Shown here: positions 36,674-47,808 of the stretch, in pieces | Layout of the letters: every line of letters begins with the position of its first letter | Position numbering within the stretch: position 1 is the first letter of the stretch | Notes under the pieces: generated by a model | The model's input: only the letters and a program-made list of their open reading frames with translations | Database searches by the model: none | Told to the model about the DNA's origin: nothing | Source of the DNA: an uncultured Spirochaetota bacterium | GTDB lineage: Bacteria > Spirochaetota > Spirochaetia > SZUA-6 > Fen-1364 | Direction: 5' to 3' | DNA length: 64,000 nt | Assembly: GCA_963734545.1 (NCBI GenBank) | Contig: CAVTHO010000008.1 | Span: 160,001 to 224,000 of the forward strand | Position numbers and translations under genes: made by a program

Positions 36674-38962
36674 ATGACACCAGCACAACCGATTCCGCGA
36701 GGACATGCTCGACCTGGAGGACCCAGCCGCCGCCGGGGACGTCGTCTACATCGCCGCCCCGGCCACTTCTGCGCGGGCGGAAGGCGATGTCGCGGTGCTC
36801 ACTCTGCCCCTGATCGCCCGAAAGCCTTCTTCGTTCGAAGCCGACCCGGCCGTGGCCCCCATGGTCGCGGATCTTCGCCTGCAGTCATTCGGCGGATGCA
36901 TGGTGAGGGCGTGCGTGGAGTTTCAGCATTCCGGGGACGGCTGCGCCGCTGGAGGACCTGGATTCCAGCCCGATGATCGAGCGTGACGACACCCTTCAGA
37001 CCGAGCCGCTCGTCGTCCTGCGGGGAGTCGAGGCCGGGGAATATGTCGTCAAGGACGCGTCCGGCAGGGTGGTGCTGCGGACGCTTCCACCCCGCCTCCC
37101 GTCGCACCCCTGGAGCCGGCAGCTGCCGGATCCGGATCCCGTCTTCGACGCGGTCGTCTGCCCAGACGGCGCGGCAGAAGTTCCGTTCATGGCCCACGAC
37201 ACGTTTTTCCCCGCACACCGCGAGTCCATTGGCCTCGGCTGCGTGTCTGCGCGGCGGCACGCACGCGTCTTTCTCTGTTCTCCCTGCACGCCCGCCCGGG
37301 AGAGCGCTTCCTGGGGACCGGCGAGCGATTCTCCCGCTTCGGCCTCGCCGGTTCGACGGTCGTGCTGGAAAACACCGACGCCCTGGGGGTGTCCTCACGG
37401 CGGGCGTACAAGAACGTTCCGTTCTACGTGTCCAGCGCCGGCTACGGTCTGTTCGTCCACACCTCGTACCGAACGCGGCTGTCATTTGCCGACATCTCCT
37501 CCCGGGCCGTCCAGGGCGCCGTGGAGTCGTCTACCCTGGACCTGTTCTTCATCGGCGGAGGCTCGGTGCCGTCGATCGTGCGAAACTACCGGCGCCTGAC
37601 CGGCGTTCCGCGCCCGCCCCCGCTGTGGAGCTACGGCACGTGGATGGCGCGCATGACGTACTTCTCGGCGAAGGAAGCGCTCGAGGTGGCGGAGGGAATG
37701 CGCACGGGCGGCTTCCCGTGCGACGTGATCCATCTCGACACCGGGTGGTTCAGGACCGACTGGAGGTGCGAGTGGGAGTTCAGCCCGGAGCGGTTTCCGG
37801 ACCCCGAGGGGTTCTTCCGTGAAATGAAGAGTCTCGGGTTTCGGGTCAGTCTCTGGCAGTTGCCGCTGGTGACGGAAGGAACCAGCCTGTACGCCCTGGC
37901 TCGCGAGAACAGGTACATCGCGCCGGGAACCATGCCTCCGCTCGAATCGAAGTTCGACGACGCCCGAGGCTGCACCATCGACTTCACCAACCCTCGAGGC
38001 GGTGGAGTGGTACAAGGGCCTGCTGCGGAGGCTGTTGAGGATGGGAGCCGCGGCGATCAAGACGGACTTCGGAGAGATCGATCGACATGCAGGCCTCCTA
38101 CCACGGCATGAGCGCCGCGCGGCTTCGCAACATCTACTGCCTGCTCTATCACCGGGCCGCGTTCGAGGTGACGCGGGAGGTCTACCCGGACGGCATCATC
38201 TGGGCCCGGTCGGGATGGGCGGGAAGCCAGCGCTACCCGGTCCACTGGGGCGGGGACGCGGCCTGCACGTGGGACGGGCTGGCCGCTACGATCCGCGGGG
38301 GACTTCAGATCGGGCTGTCCGGTTTCGCGTTCTGGAGCCACGACGTTCCGGGATTCCACTCCCTTCCCAGCTTCATGAACGACCGTCCCTCCGACGAGTT
38401 GTTCGTCCGCTGGACCCAGGTCGGCGTGTTCACCTCCCACCTCCGCTTCCACGGGTCTTCCGCCCGCGAGCCCTGGGAGTACCCTTCCGTGGCCGGGTCG
38501 GTGCGGGAATGGCTCAAGCTGCGCTACGCGCTGATTCCCTACTTCCTGCGGGAAGCCGAACGGGCGATTTCCAGCGGTCTGCCGATCTTTCGCTCGCTGG
38601 TCTTTCATCATGAAGAGGATCCGGTCGCCTGGACGATCGAGGACGAGTTCTATTGCGGCGGGACGTTCCTGGTTGCTCCGATCCTCAGTGCCACGGGGGC
38701 AAGAAGCGTGTACCTGCCCGCCGGCGAATGGATCGACTTCTGGACCGGGGAGCGGATCCGGGGTCCGGTCGCCCTGGGCCGCGTGGAGCAGCCCCTCTCA
38801 CGCGTGCCGCTCTATGTCCGCAGCGACGCCGTCATCCCGTTCTATCCCGAGCCGGTTGCCTGCACGGATGAAATGGACCTCTCGCGGAACGCCGAGCTTG
38901 TCTTCGATGACAGTTACCGCGGCTTCCGCTCGTCACCCCTTGGGAGGGGCATCGAGCTGTGA
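36674..38962 (+). CDS. GH31 glycoside hydrolase (YicI alpha-xylosidase-like), frameshifted
   Basis: YKNVPFY, PPLWSYG.W, IHLDTGW, IDFTNP, IKTDFGE (nucleophile), HWGGD (acid/base), WSHDVPGF, YLPAGEW. Confidence 0.88.
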
Positions 38963-39973
38963 ACCGGCTCCACCCGGGGAGGCCTGCGTGGGCCGGAGTG
39001 TGTTCTCCAGGCGCTGTCCCTGCGCGCCGATCAGAGACATGGCGATGGGCTCATCCACGACCAGCATGGTCACGAACCCGCCGCGCAGGGCCGCGAGGAC
39101 TGCCGCCGTCTTCTCCCCGCCGGCGGCCGCTCCCAGCCGCACGGGGATCCGTCCAAGCGTGGCGCGATCAATGCCGACCAGACGGTCGTTGACATCGCAC
39201 GGCAGGACGGCCCCGTCCGCTCCGATGTGAAGACCGCAGACGGTTCCGACGGCTCCCGCGGAGAGGAGCGCCTCCGAGTCCTCCGGGCGGAGGAAGCCCG
39301 CCCGCACGAGCGAGCTGACGGCGGGCAGGTTCGACCCGATTCCGAACAGGGCCAGGTGCACGGTCGCCGCGTCGGCAAGCACGTGCGCCACGCCCGGCTC
39401 CCTCACGAGCATCTCCTTGAGCGCGACATCGCGCACCACGAGCGGCGCCTGCACGATGCGGTAGCCCCCGGCGAGCTTCTCCGCGAGCTTCTGGGCGAGC
39501 CCGAACCCGTCGATGGCCGGGTCCCCCGAGCCAAGACCGCCATGCAGCTGCAGGATTTCCACGTCGCGGAGCGCCTGGGGCTCCACGTGCCGCACCAGCT
39601 CGTACAGGGTGGTCCCCCAGCTTATGCCGATGCGGACCCCGTCATGCAGGAGGGGGCGAAGGCGTCGCGCGGCGGCCATCCCCACGTGGGACTTCGCCTG
39701 TGCCGGGTCCGCGCTGGCGGGGACCACGACCGCGTCCGCGAGCCCGAAGCGCTCGCGAAGGGCGGCGGCGAGCCGCGAGGCGTGCGAGGTGTCGTCATTG
39801 ACGCGGATCTCCACGATGCCCTGCTCCCGGCAGAGCTTCAGCATGGCGGAGACCGACGAGCGCGCGACGTTCAGCTTCTCGGCGATCTCCTGTTGAGACA
39901 GGTCCTGCTCGTAGTACATGCGCGCAACGGCGATCAGCGTCTCGCGCCGCGTCGATACCCTTTCCCGTTCCAT
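38933..39973 (-). CDS. SorC/DeoR (LsrR-like) sugar-phosphate-binding transcriptional regulator
   Basis: VARMYYEQDLSQQEIA, GISWGTTL, GAVGTVCG, AALRGGFVTMLVVDE. Confidence 0.93.
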   Translation of the reverse strand: MERERVSTRRETLIAVARMYYEQDLSQQEIAEKLNVARSSVSAMLKLCREQGIVEIRVNDDTSHASRLAAALRERFGLADAVVVPASADPAQAKSHVGMAAARRLRPLLHDGVRIGISWGTTLYELVRHVEPQALRDVEILQLHGGLGSGDPAIDGFGLAQKLAEKLAGGYRIVQAPLVVRDVALKEMLVREPGVAHVLADAATVHLALFGIGSNLPAVSSLVRAGFLRPEDSEALLSAGAVGTVCGLHIGADGAVLPCDVNDRLVGIDRATLGRIPVRLGAAAGGEKTAAVLAALRGGFVTMLVVDEPIAMSLIGAQGQRLENTLRPTQASPGGAGSQLDAPPKG

Positions 39974-39997
39974 GCGGCCTCCTCGCCGGACTCCGGC

Positions 39998-41184
39998 TCA
40001 GGCCAGAATCGCCCAGCAGTTCTCCAGGAGCGTCCGAACCCTGCCGAGGAACGCCGCGGCAGGCGCGCCGTCGATGTGCCTGTGGTCATGCGTGAGACAC
40101 AGGCTCATGAGGCGGCGGGGCTCGATGTCCCCCGAGGGGCCCCGGCGCAGCACCTCCTCGATGGCGCCCACACCGAGGATGGCGCTTTCCGGAACGTTGA
40201 TCAACGGCGTGAACTCCGTGATCCCGTACATGCCGAGGTTGGTGATGGTGAACGTCCCGCCGCTGCACTCCTCGGCCGCGAGGGTCCCCCGGCGCGCCTG
40301 GTCGGCCAGGTCCCGGAGGCGAGCCGACACCTCGCGGACGGTCAGCGTATCCGCGGCGCGGATCACCGGCACGATGAGGCCGCTTTCCAGGGCCACGGCG
40401 ACGCCGATGGCTACATCGGCCTGCAGGATGATCCGGTCGCCCTGGATGGTCGAGTTCAGAACAGGGTGCTCCCGGAGAGCAAGCGCTGATGCCCGCACGA
40501 TGAAATCAGTGAAGGAGACACGGGGGCGGTTGCCGGCGTTTATCCTCTCGCGGAGGTCCACAAGCTCGGTGACATCCGCGCGAGTGACCAATGTGACGGC
40601 GGGCACCGTCTGGTGGCTTCGCAGCATCTTGTCCGCGATCAGCTTCCGTATCCCCGTCATGGGCGTTCCGGTTCCGGGGAGAACCTCCGGCCGGGCCTGG
40701 GCCGTCCAGGCCGCCACGTCGCGCGCATGCACGGCGCCGCCCGGCCCCGTTCCCTTCAACGCGGAGAGGGAGACGCCAGCTTCCGCAGCGAGGCGACGCG
40801 CTGCGGGCGTGGCCGGCGCCCTGCCCGGCGCAACCGTGGGTGCCGGTGCAGCCTGCTGTGCGGGAGCAGCGACCGGCGCGCACCGGGGCGCCGGCGTGGG
40901 GCTGCGCGGGCGTGGCAGACCGGGGCCGCGGCCTCAACGGTCTCCCCGGGCGCGCCGATCCACGCGATGGTGTCCGTGACCTTCACGACGGCGCCGTCGC
41001 CGTGCACGATGGCCAGGAGCGTGCCCTCGTCCTCCGCCTCCAGGTCCATGGTGACCTTGTCGGTTTCAATGACGGCGATGGGCTCGCCCCGGGTGACCGT
41101 GTCCCCCGGCTTCTTGAGCCACCGCACGATCGTGCCTTCCTCCATTGCCATGCCCGTCTTGGGCATGATCACGCTGCGTGCCAT
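39998..41184 (-). CDS. Dihydrolipoamide acyltransferase E2, frameshift near 40900
   Basis: Lipoyl domain IETDKVT, E3-binding ATPAARRLA, TFTITNLG, catalytic THDHRHIDG. Confidence 0.93.
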
Positions 41185-41194
41185 GGCCGGGGCC

Positions 41195-42172
41195 CTACCT
41201 CATCAACGCGCGCGCCGCGGCGGCGATTGTCTCGTGCGTCGGGACCACTGCAGCTTCCAGGGTCTTGTTGTACGGGATGGGAACGTCCCGCCCGCCCAGA
41301 CGGCGGACCGGCGCATCGAGGTGGAAGAAGGCCTCGCTGTCGCAGATAGCCGCGGCGATCTCTCCGCCGAAGCCGGCGAACTGGCACGCCTCGTGAACGA
41401 TGAGCACGCGGCCCGTCTTCCTGGCGGAGGCGATGATGGCCGCCGTGTCCAGCGGCCGCAGCGAGCGCAGGTCGATGACCTCCGCGTCCACTCCCTCGCC
41501 GGCCAGGGTGCCGGCCGCCTCGAGGCAGCGCTGAACCATGCGGCCATAGGTGATGACGGTGAGGTCCTTTCCCGGGCGCTTCACGTCCGCCACGCCCAGC
41601 GGCACGAGGTGCTCCCCGTCGGGAACTTCGCCCTTCGTGCGGTAGAGGAGCTTCTGCTCCAGGAAGACCACCGGGTTGTCATCCCGTATGGACGACTTGA
41701 GAAGCCCCTTGGCATCCGCCGGCGTGGAGGGCGCCACCACCTTGAGGCCGGGGACGTTCAGAATCCAGGACTCGACGCTCTGCGAGTGCTGCGCCGCCGC
41801 ACCGGTGCCGGAGCCTTCGGGCGCGCGCAGCACCAGGGGCACCGATGCCTGTCCGCCGAACTGGTAGCGGGCCTTGGCCGCCTGGTTGACGAGCTGGTCC
41901 ATGGCGATAGTGATGAAGTCGAGAACATGATCTCCACGATGGGCCGCATGCCCGTCATGGCAGCCCCCACCGCGGCGCCCGTGATGGCGGCCTCGGAGAT
42001 CGGCGTGTCGCGCACGCGCTCGGGACCGAACTCCTCGATCATCCCGCGCGTCACGCCGAAGGCGCCCGCCGTAGGGTCCGATGTCCTCGCCCAGGAGGAA
42101 GACGTGCTCGTCGCGACGCATCTCCTCCGACATCGCGTCTTTTATCGCCTGGGCGTAGGTGATTTCAGGCAT
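41195..42172 (-). CDS. TPP-dependent dehydrogenase E1 beta subunit (acetoin dehydrogenase AcoB-like), frameshifted
   Basis: [40 protein letters not shown]. Confidence 0.92.
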   Translation of the reverse strand: MPEITYAQAIKDAMSEEMRRDEHVFLLGEDIGPYGGRLRRDARDDRGVRSRARARHADLRGRHHGRRGGGCHDGHAAHRGDHVLDFITIAMDQLVNQAAKARYQFGGQASVPLVLRAPEGSGTGAAAQHSQSVESWILNVPGLKVVAPSTPADAKGLLKSSIRDDNPVVFLEQKLLYRTKGEVPDGEHLVPLGVADVKRPGKDLTVITYGRMVQRCLEAAGTLAGEGVDAEVIDLRSLRPLDTAAIIASARKTGRVLIVHEACQFAGFGGEIAAAICDSEAFFHLDAPVRRLGGRDVPIPYNKTLEAAVVPTHETIAAAARALMR

Positions 42173-43135
42173 AGACGTCTTCCTCCACCGTGTCCACCGA
42201 CGGTTCAGGGCTGGCCTCGGCGAAGGCGACCGCCTCTTCCACCGTCCGCGCTGCCGCCGCGTCCATGGCCGCGATCTGCTCCGCGCTGAGCCCCATTCTC
42301 CCGAAGGACACGGGCCATCCGCGGGATGGGGTCCTTCTTCTTCCAGGACTCGACCTCTTCTTTCGCGCGGTACAGGCCCGCATCGCTCTTGGAGTGGCCC
42401 ATGATGCGGTAGGTGTTCAGGACGAGGAGCAGGGGACCGTTCCGGCGCACCGCGGCCCGCGCTTCCCGGGTCGCCGTCGTAAACCGCCACCGCGTCGTTT
42501 CCGTCCACGGAGCGGCCCGGCATGCCATAGGAGGCGGCCCGCATCGAAATGTCCTCTATGTTCATGCTCCTGCTGACATGCATCGACATCCCGTACTGGT
42601 TGTTGATGCAGACGAAGAGCACCGGAAGCTTCCATATCGAGGCGAGGTTGAGCGACTCGTGGAACGTTCCCTCGTTGGCCGCGCCGTCCCCGAAGAAGCA
42701 GACGACGATCCGATCGATCTTCTGCATCACGGTGCTGAGGGCCGCTCCCACCGCAATCGGGATCCCGCCGCCCACGATGCCGTTGGCCCCGAGGTTTCCG
42801 GCCGTGATCTCGGCGATGTGCATGCACCCGCCTTTGCCCTTGCACACGCCGGTGGCCTTGCCGAGGAACTCGGCCATCATCGTTTTCACGTTCATGCCCT
42901 TGGCGATGCTCTGCCCGTGCCCGCGGTGCGTTGCATAGATGAGATCCTGCGGCTCGATTGCCGCGCAGACACCGGCCGCGGTGGCCTCCTCGCCTACGCA
43001 GAAATGGGCGGTGCCGTGCACCTTTCCGAGGCTGAACAACTTCATGGCTGTTTCCTCGAATACCCTGGTGGTGGCCATGTTGGCGTACATGAGCTTGAGC
43101 TTGTCGAGCGGAACCTTTGCCCGTTGTATTGACAT
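42165..43135 (-). CDS. TPP-dependent dehydrogenase E1 alpha subunit (acetoin dehydrogenase AcoA-like), frameshifted
   Basis: THRGHG, GKGGCMH, LGANGIVGGG, TPP motif FFGDGAANEG...NN, TYRIMGHS. Confidence 0.93.
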
Positions 43136-43262
43136 ATGATACTTTTTTACGATTTTTTGTCATTTGTCAACAACAGGTCGATCGTGTGGAACAGCTTCTG
43201 CCGCTCTTTCAGCACTTGGCACCACCCCTAATCTCATGATCAGTATGAAAATAAGAATTAAC

Positions 43263-43337
43263 TTGACAAGTAGTCCAGAATATGGGAGAATCCGCCATAG
43301 TGGTTTGTTATTTAGAACAAAACTATTTTTTGTTGCA
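43263..43337 (+). promoter_or_regulatory. Promoter/operator block, copy 1
   Basis: TTGACA-17 nt-GAGAAT with extended TG, then palindrome TTTGTT-ATTTAG-AACAAA (43304-43321). Confidence 0.8.
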
Positions 43338-43398
43338 TAACCATTTTGTTGAAAATCGGCAGTTTGAGCCGATTCAAATTTAATTGAGGAGGAAGAAG

Positions 43399-44427
43399 AT
43401 GAAGAAGCTAATGCTGGCTGTGTTAGCGGTTGCTCTGGTGTTACCGCTAGGTTACGCCGCGCCAAAAAAGGTAGGGCATGTCGTCTATACCATGGAACAT
43501 CAGTTCCACCAGTCAATTGCTCGGGAACTTCAAAGCTATGGACCGAAAATGTACGGGGTCAAGGTAATCATTCTTGACGGCGGGGGCAAAGGAGAAAAAA
43601 TGCTTGCCGCCGTTGAAAATCTCATTGCGCAAAAGGTTGACGCTATTTCGATTCACAGCCCCGAAACGGCTTTGACTGCAAAGGCTATCGAACTTGCGCA
43701 TGCCAAAAAGATCCCTATTGTAACCACTTTGATTTACCCTGACTCAAAGAATGCACCTCATGTTCAGCCGATGGAAACGCCGGCATCCTATGCCGAAGGC
43801 AAGATAGCTGCTCAGCAGTGGCTAAAAGCTTTCCCGGATAAGCCCTGCAAAGTCGCTATTCTTAATTTCGGTGCATGGGAACAGGGAGAGGTTTTGAGAT
43901 TCGGGCCTTTCTTTGAAGGCGTCAAGGCAGTCGATCCGAATGCGGAACTTGTTACTGTTCTTAACGGTCAGGGTTCTACCGAAGTATCAATGAAAGTGAC
44001 CCTCGATATTCTCCAGGCTCATCCGGAAGTAAATATCTTCTTCGGCGGAAATGATGAAATGGCTCTTGGAGCTCTTGCGGCCTGCGAACAGAAGGGCAGA
44101 GGAAAAATGGACAATGGAACACCTCTGACTGAAATCATAGCAGGTGTTGACGGAAACTCCTCCGCGCTGATCAAGATATATGATCCGGACTGTTCATTCA
44201 AGATTTCTCAGGGTGCCGTACGCGATGTCGCTCGTGCTGAAATGGATTGTATGATGGGAATGATTGAAGGCAAAATCGATATGTACAAATTCCAGATTAT
44301 TCAGGCCTTCGTCAAAGAAATTGACTACTGGCAGACTTCTATCGAAGATGCCCAGGTATTCCTGATGGATAATTATGGCTATAAAGGGAAACTTGCAGCC
44401 GATGTAGCCAGGGGCAAAAAGAAATAA
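43399..44427 (+). CDS. Monosaccharide ABC substrate-binding protein (RbsB-like), AT-rich
   Basis: Signal peptide MKKLMLAVLAV, ENLIAQKVDAI, ILQAHPEVNIFFGGNDEMALGA, IAGVDG. Confidence 0.9.
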   Translation: MKKLMLAVLAVALVLPLGYAAPKKVGHVVYTMEHQFHQSIARELQSYGPKMYGVKVIILDGGGKGEKMLAAVENLIAQKVDAISIHSPETALTAKAIELAHAKKIPIVTTLIYPDSKNAPHVQPMETPASYAEGKIAAQQWLKAFPDKPCKVAILNFGAWEQGEVLRFGPFFEGVKAVDPNAELVTVLNGQGSTEVSMKVTLDILQAHPEVNIFFGGNDEMALGALAACEQKGRGKMDNGTPLTEIIAGVDGNSSALIKIYDPDCSFKISQGAVRDVARAEMDCMMGMIEGKIDMYKFQIIQAFVKEIDYWQTSIEDAQVFLMDNYGYKGKLAADVARGKKK

Positions 44428-44463
44428 CCCATAGGGCAAGAAAGAACTAGTCTAGGGAAAGGA

Positions 44464-44507
44464 AAGAGAAAGGATAAATGAAATACTTTATCCTTTCTCT
44501 TGTTTTG
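44464..44507 (+). terminator. Rho-independent terminator
   Basis: 15-bp perfect stem aagagaaaggataaa/tttatcctttctctt followed by gttttg. Confidence 0.75.
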
Positions 44508-44508
44508 T

Positions 44509-44690
44509 TGTAGTGCCCCCCGAAATCAAGCCACCGGGGATAGTACTTGAGTACAGTGCTCCCCTGACCGTGCGGCCTGCCACGACTACCGCCTGACGCA
44601 GGAGTTCATCACTCCGTACACGCCCGAGCAGAATGGCATCTGAATACAAGGCTCACCTATCGGAGTCTGTGGCTTGAAACATGGGAGGCT
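44509..44690 (+). mobile_element. Internally deleted IS3-like remnant
   Basis: Terminal TGTAGTGCCCCCCGAAATCAAGCCACCG, transposase core fragment ACHDYRLTQEFITPYTPEQNGI*, and a partial right end tggcttgaaacatggg. Confidence 0.7.
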
Positions 44691-44719
44691 CGGAACTTTA
44701 CACCAACTATGGAAATCAT

Positions 44720-44795
44720 TTGACAAATAGTCCTAAATATGGGATAATCTGTCTCAACAGTTTGTTATTTAGAACAAAACTTATATTTGTTGCAA
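44720..44795 (+). promoter_or_regulatory. Promoter/operator block, copy 2
   Basis: TTGACA-17 nt-GATAAT and the identical palindrome TTTGTTATTTAGAACAAA (44761-44778). Confidence 0.8.
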
Positions 44796-44813
44796 GATTC
44801 GGAGGAGCGAGGC

Positions 44814-45995
44814 ATGAAGGCATTCGATTTCAGCGTACCTACTAGGGTCTTCTTCGGAAATGGCGAGCTCAGGCGGCTCCAGGAGATTGCACCGACCACC
44901 GGCAAGAGAGCGATGCTACTTGCTGCCAAGCACACCATGAAGCAGACCGGTATCCTGGACAGGGCAGTAGAACTGCTCAAGAAGGGCGGCGTTGACGTCG
45001 TCGTCTCCGACAACGTTGATCCCAACCCCAAGGACGTGGACATCGACCGCCAAACCATGGTGTTCCTCACGAGCAAGTGCGACTTCGCAATAGGGCTCGG
45101 CGGGGGAAGCTCCATGGACTCCGCCAAGGCCGTGGCGTTCCTGGCTGCCCAGGGAGGCGGAACCATCCTGGACTACCTCGCCGGAGGACTCCACGCCACG
45201 TTGGAGGGAACGAAGCCGGCGTTCCCCATCATCTGCGTCACAACGACCGCGGGAACCGGCTCGGAGACGACCCCCTGGTGGGTGATCACGAACACGAAAT
45301 GGCACGAGAAACCGGGAACGGGCAACGACAGCACCATGGCGCGCTACGCCATCGTGGATCCCGAGCTCATGGTCTCCGTTCCCCAGGAGGTCACGCGCAG
45401 CACGGGCATCGACGTGCTCTTCCACGCCATTGAGGCGTTCATCGCCAATGTCGCCACGCCATTCACGGATCTCCTTGCCCGGGAAGCCATCACGCTCGTG
45501 GTGAAGAACCTCGGCAATGTGCTGGAAAACGGGCAGGACCTGGAGGCACGCGGTCGCATGGCTTGGGCCAACAGCATCGCCGGTATCGCCATCGGAGAAG
45601 GCAAGTCTTCCACAGTGGCAATCCACGCCCTGGGGCACAGCATCGGCGGTCAGACCGACGCCCCGCACGGTCTGACCATGGCCGCGGTGGGACCGGCCTA
45701 CATGGCAAAGACCTGGGACGCGGACATCGCCCGCTACGCCGAGGTCACCCGGCTGCTCGGGTATGCAAAGCCCGGGCTCTCGGACCAGGAGCTCGCCCGG
45801 AGGTCTCCAGAGGCGCTCGTCGCGGTACTGGAGAAGTTCGGCTGCCGCGTGCGTATGCGCGACCTGGGAGTCAAGGAGGAGATGCTCGGGGCCATGACCG
45901 ATTCCGCCTTCAAGACAATGAGCGGCTGCCTGAACTGCAGTCTGAAGCCGCTCAGCCGGGCGGACGTCGTGCAGATGTACAAGGATTCCCTGTAG
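44814..45995 (+). CDS. Iron-containing alcohol dehydrogenase
   Basis: GLGGGSSMDSAK, TTAGTGSE, DPEL, iron ligands D.LFHAIE, HALGH, PHG. Confidence 0.93.
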   Translation: MKAFDFSVPTRVFFGNGELRRLQEIAPTTGKRAMLLAAKHTMKQTGILDRAVELLKKGGVDVVVSDNVDPNPKDVDIDRQTMVFLTSKCDFAIGLGGGSSMDSAKAVAFLAAQGGGTILDYLAGGLHATLEGTKPAFPIICVTTTAGTGSETTPWWVITNTKWHEKPGTGNDSTMARYAIVDPELMVSVPQEVTRSTGIDVLFHAIEAFIANVATPFTDLLAREAITLVVKNLGNVLENGQDLEARGRMAWANSIAGIAIGEGKSSTVAIHALGHSIGGQTDAPHGLTMAAVGPAYMAKTWDADIARYAEVTRLLGYAKPGLSDQELARRSPEALVAVLEKFGCRVRMRDLGVKEEMLGAMTDSAFKTMSGCLNCSLKPLSRADVVQMYKDSL

Positions 45996-46008
45996 GGGAG
46001 GAGGCGAC

Positions 46009-47550
46009 GTGGAGACCTGCCTGGCGGGCATCGACATCGGGACCTCGGGTGCAAAGGGCATGGTGTTCGACCTGCAGGGGAACGCGCTCGGGACCGGCTA
46101 CCGCGAATACCCCTGCACCTACCCCCGGCCGGGCTGGGTCGAGCAGGACGCGGATCTCGTGGTGGAATCTACCATGCAGGCCATGTCGGAAGCCGTGCGG
46201 GCCAGCAACGTCCCCCCGGAGGCCATCGTGTCCCTGTCACTGTCCGCGCAGCGCTGCTGCGGGATCTTCCTGGACGCGAACGACCACCAGGTGCGCCCCA
46301 TGATTTCCTGGCAGGACAACCGTACCACCGCGGAAGTGAAGGAAATCGCCGCCCGGATCGATGAGGCGGAGCTCTACCGGCTCACGGGATATCCCAACAG
46401 CACGACGTGGCTCCTGTCCAAGATGATGTGGGTCCGCAGAAACGAGCCGGAAGTCTGGAACAGGACGCGCCGGGTCGTGCAGATGCACGACTATTTCGTG
46501 CGGGCGCTCGGCGCGGACGACTACGTGGTGGACTGGAACGACGCGGGCTATTTCGGCTTTTTTGACTCCGCGGCGGGGTGCTGGAACGCACGCTTGCTGC
46601 ACCTATTCGGCGTCGACGCCTCGCTGCTGCCGGTTCCGCGGCCGTCGGGAACGCCTGTGGCCCGGATCTCGTCGGCGGCTGCCTCGCGCATCGGCCTGCG
46701 GGCCGGAACACAGGTGAGCGTTGGCGCCGGGGACCAGAGCGCGGGCGCGGTCGGCGCCGGAATCGTTCGCGGGGGGCTGATTTCGGTTTCCATGGGGACG
46801 GCGGGGGCGGTGGCGGCGTTCCTGGACGCCCACATCCGCGACCCGGAGGGACGGATGATCGTCACGGCCCATCCGATCAAAGGGCATTGGCTCCTCGAGG
46901 GATACCAGGCGGCGGCGGCCAGCGTCTACCGCTGGTTCAAGGAGCGGTTCGGCGCGGAGGAAGCCCGCGATGCCGAGGCCGGTGGCCGCAGCTATTACGA
47001 ATACATGAACGACCGTGTCTCCGCGGTACCCGCCGGATCCCGCGGACTGCTTGTACTCCCCTATTTCGCGGCTGCCGGAACGCCCCGGTACAATCCCCTG
47101 GCCCGGGGAACGATTGTGGGGCTCACGTTCTCGCACACCCGGTTCGACATCGCCCGGGCGTTCATGGAAGGCATCACGCTGGACATGAAGGACATGATAG
47201 GCGCCATGGCACGAGCTGGACTCCAGGTGACGGAAGCCCGCCTCCTGGGCGGTCCCACGAAGTCCCGCGTGTGGAACCAGATCCAGGCTGATGTGTACGG
47301 CGTGCCCGTGACAACGCTGAAGGTCACGGACGCCACCGTGCTGGGCGCCGCCATCCTGGGGGGCGTGGGCGCCGCGGTCTTCTCCTCCATCGAGGAAGGA
47401 GCGGACGCGATGGTCCGGCTCGACGAGCGCTTCGAGCCCATCCCGGAGAACGTGCAGACCTACGCGCGGCTCTATGACGCGTACTGCCGTTGCTACGAGG
47501 GCCTCGACCGAAGCGGCGTGTACGCCGCGCTGGCCGACTTGCAGAAGTAG
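46009..47550 (+). CDS. FGGY family carbohydrate kinase (xylulokinase-like)
   Basis: GIDIGTSGAK, PGWVEQD, ISWQDNRT, GAGDQ, SMGTAG, LGGPTKS..WNQIQADV. Confidence 0.93.
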   Translation: METCLAGIDIGTSGAKGMVFDLQGNALGTGYREYPCTYPRPGWVEQDADLVVESTMQAMSEAVRASNVPPEAIVSLSLSAQRCCGIFLDANDHQVRPMISWQDNRTTAEVKEIAARIDEAELYRLTGYPNSTTWLLSKMMWVRRNEPEVWNRTRRVVQMHDYFVRALGADDYVVDWNDAGYFGFFDSAAGCWNARLLHLFGVDASLLPVPRPSGTPVARISSAAASRIGLRAGTQVSVGAGDQSAGAVGAGIVRGGLISVSMGTAGAVAAFLDAHIRDPEGRMIVTAHPIKGHWLLEGYQAAAASVYRWFKERFGAEEARDAEAGGRSYYEYMNDRVSAVPAGSRGLLVLPYFAAAGTPRYNPLARGTIVGLTFSHTRFDIARAFMEGITLDMKDMIGAMARAGLQVTEARLLGGPTKSRVWNQIQADVYGVPVTTLKVTDATVLGAAILGGVGAAVFSSIEEGADAMVRLDERFEPIPENVQTYARLYDAYCRCYEGLDRSGVYAALADLQK

Positions 47551-47596
47551 ACAACCGGCCTGTCAGGCCGGAGAGAGAATGAACAGGAGGAGAGAG

Positions 47597-47659
47597 ATGG
47601 TGAAGAAGATCCTCATGGCAGCGCTGGTTCTCGGCGTCCTCGCCACCGGCATCGCGTAG
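47597..47659 (+). pseudogene. Truncated gene, signal peptide only
   Basis: Strong SD AGGAGG, then MVKKILMAALVLGVLATGIA*, at the switch from GC-rich to AT-rich DNA. Confidence 0.6.
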
Positions 47660-47808
47660 AGGCGCCTCGCAAGTGTACACCTTTGCCGGTCAGGTGTCCG
47701 ACTGCTGCAAAGATCCTCAAAAGCAATGCTTTGGATATACTTCATTGCCCCTCGGCCCGATTCCTGCCCGCCGTTGGTCATTTCTATTGTATAACAGGAC
47801 GGTCTGTG

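Noticed and set aside
36674-38962. GH31 as a sulfoquinovosidase
   Set aside because: The nucleophile motif is KTDFGE (YicI type), not WMADFGE, and no sulfoglycolysis genes are nearby.
39998-43135. Housekeeping pyruvate dehydrogenase
   Set aside because: There is no E3, the complex is co-transcribed with a sugar regulator, and the E1alpha motifs look Aco-like. This is not excluded without a phylogeny, so no gene symbols are given.
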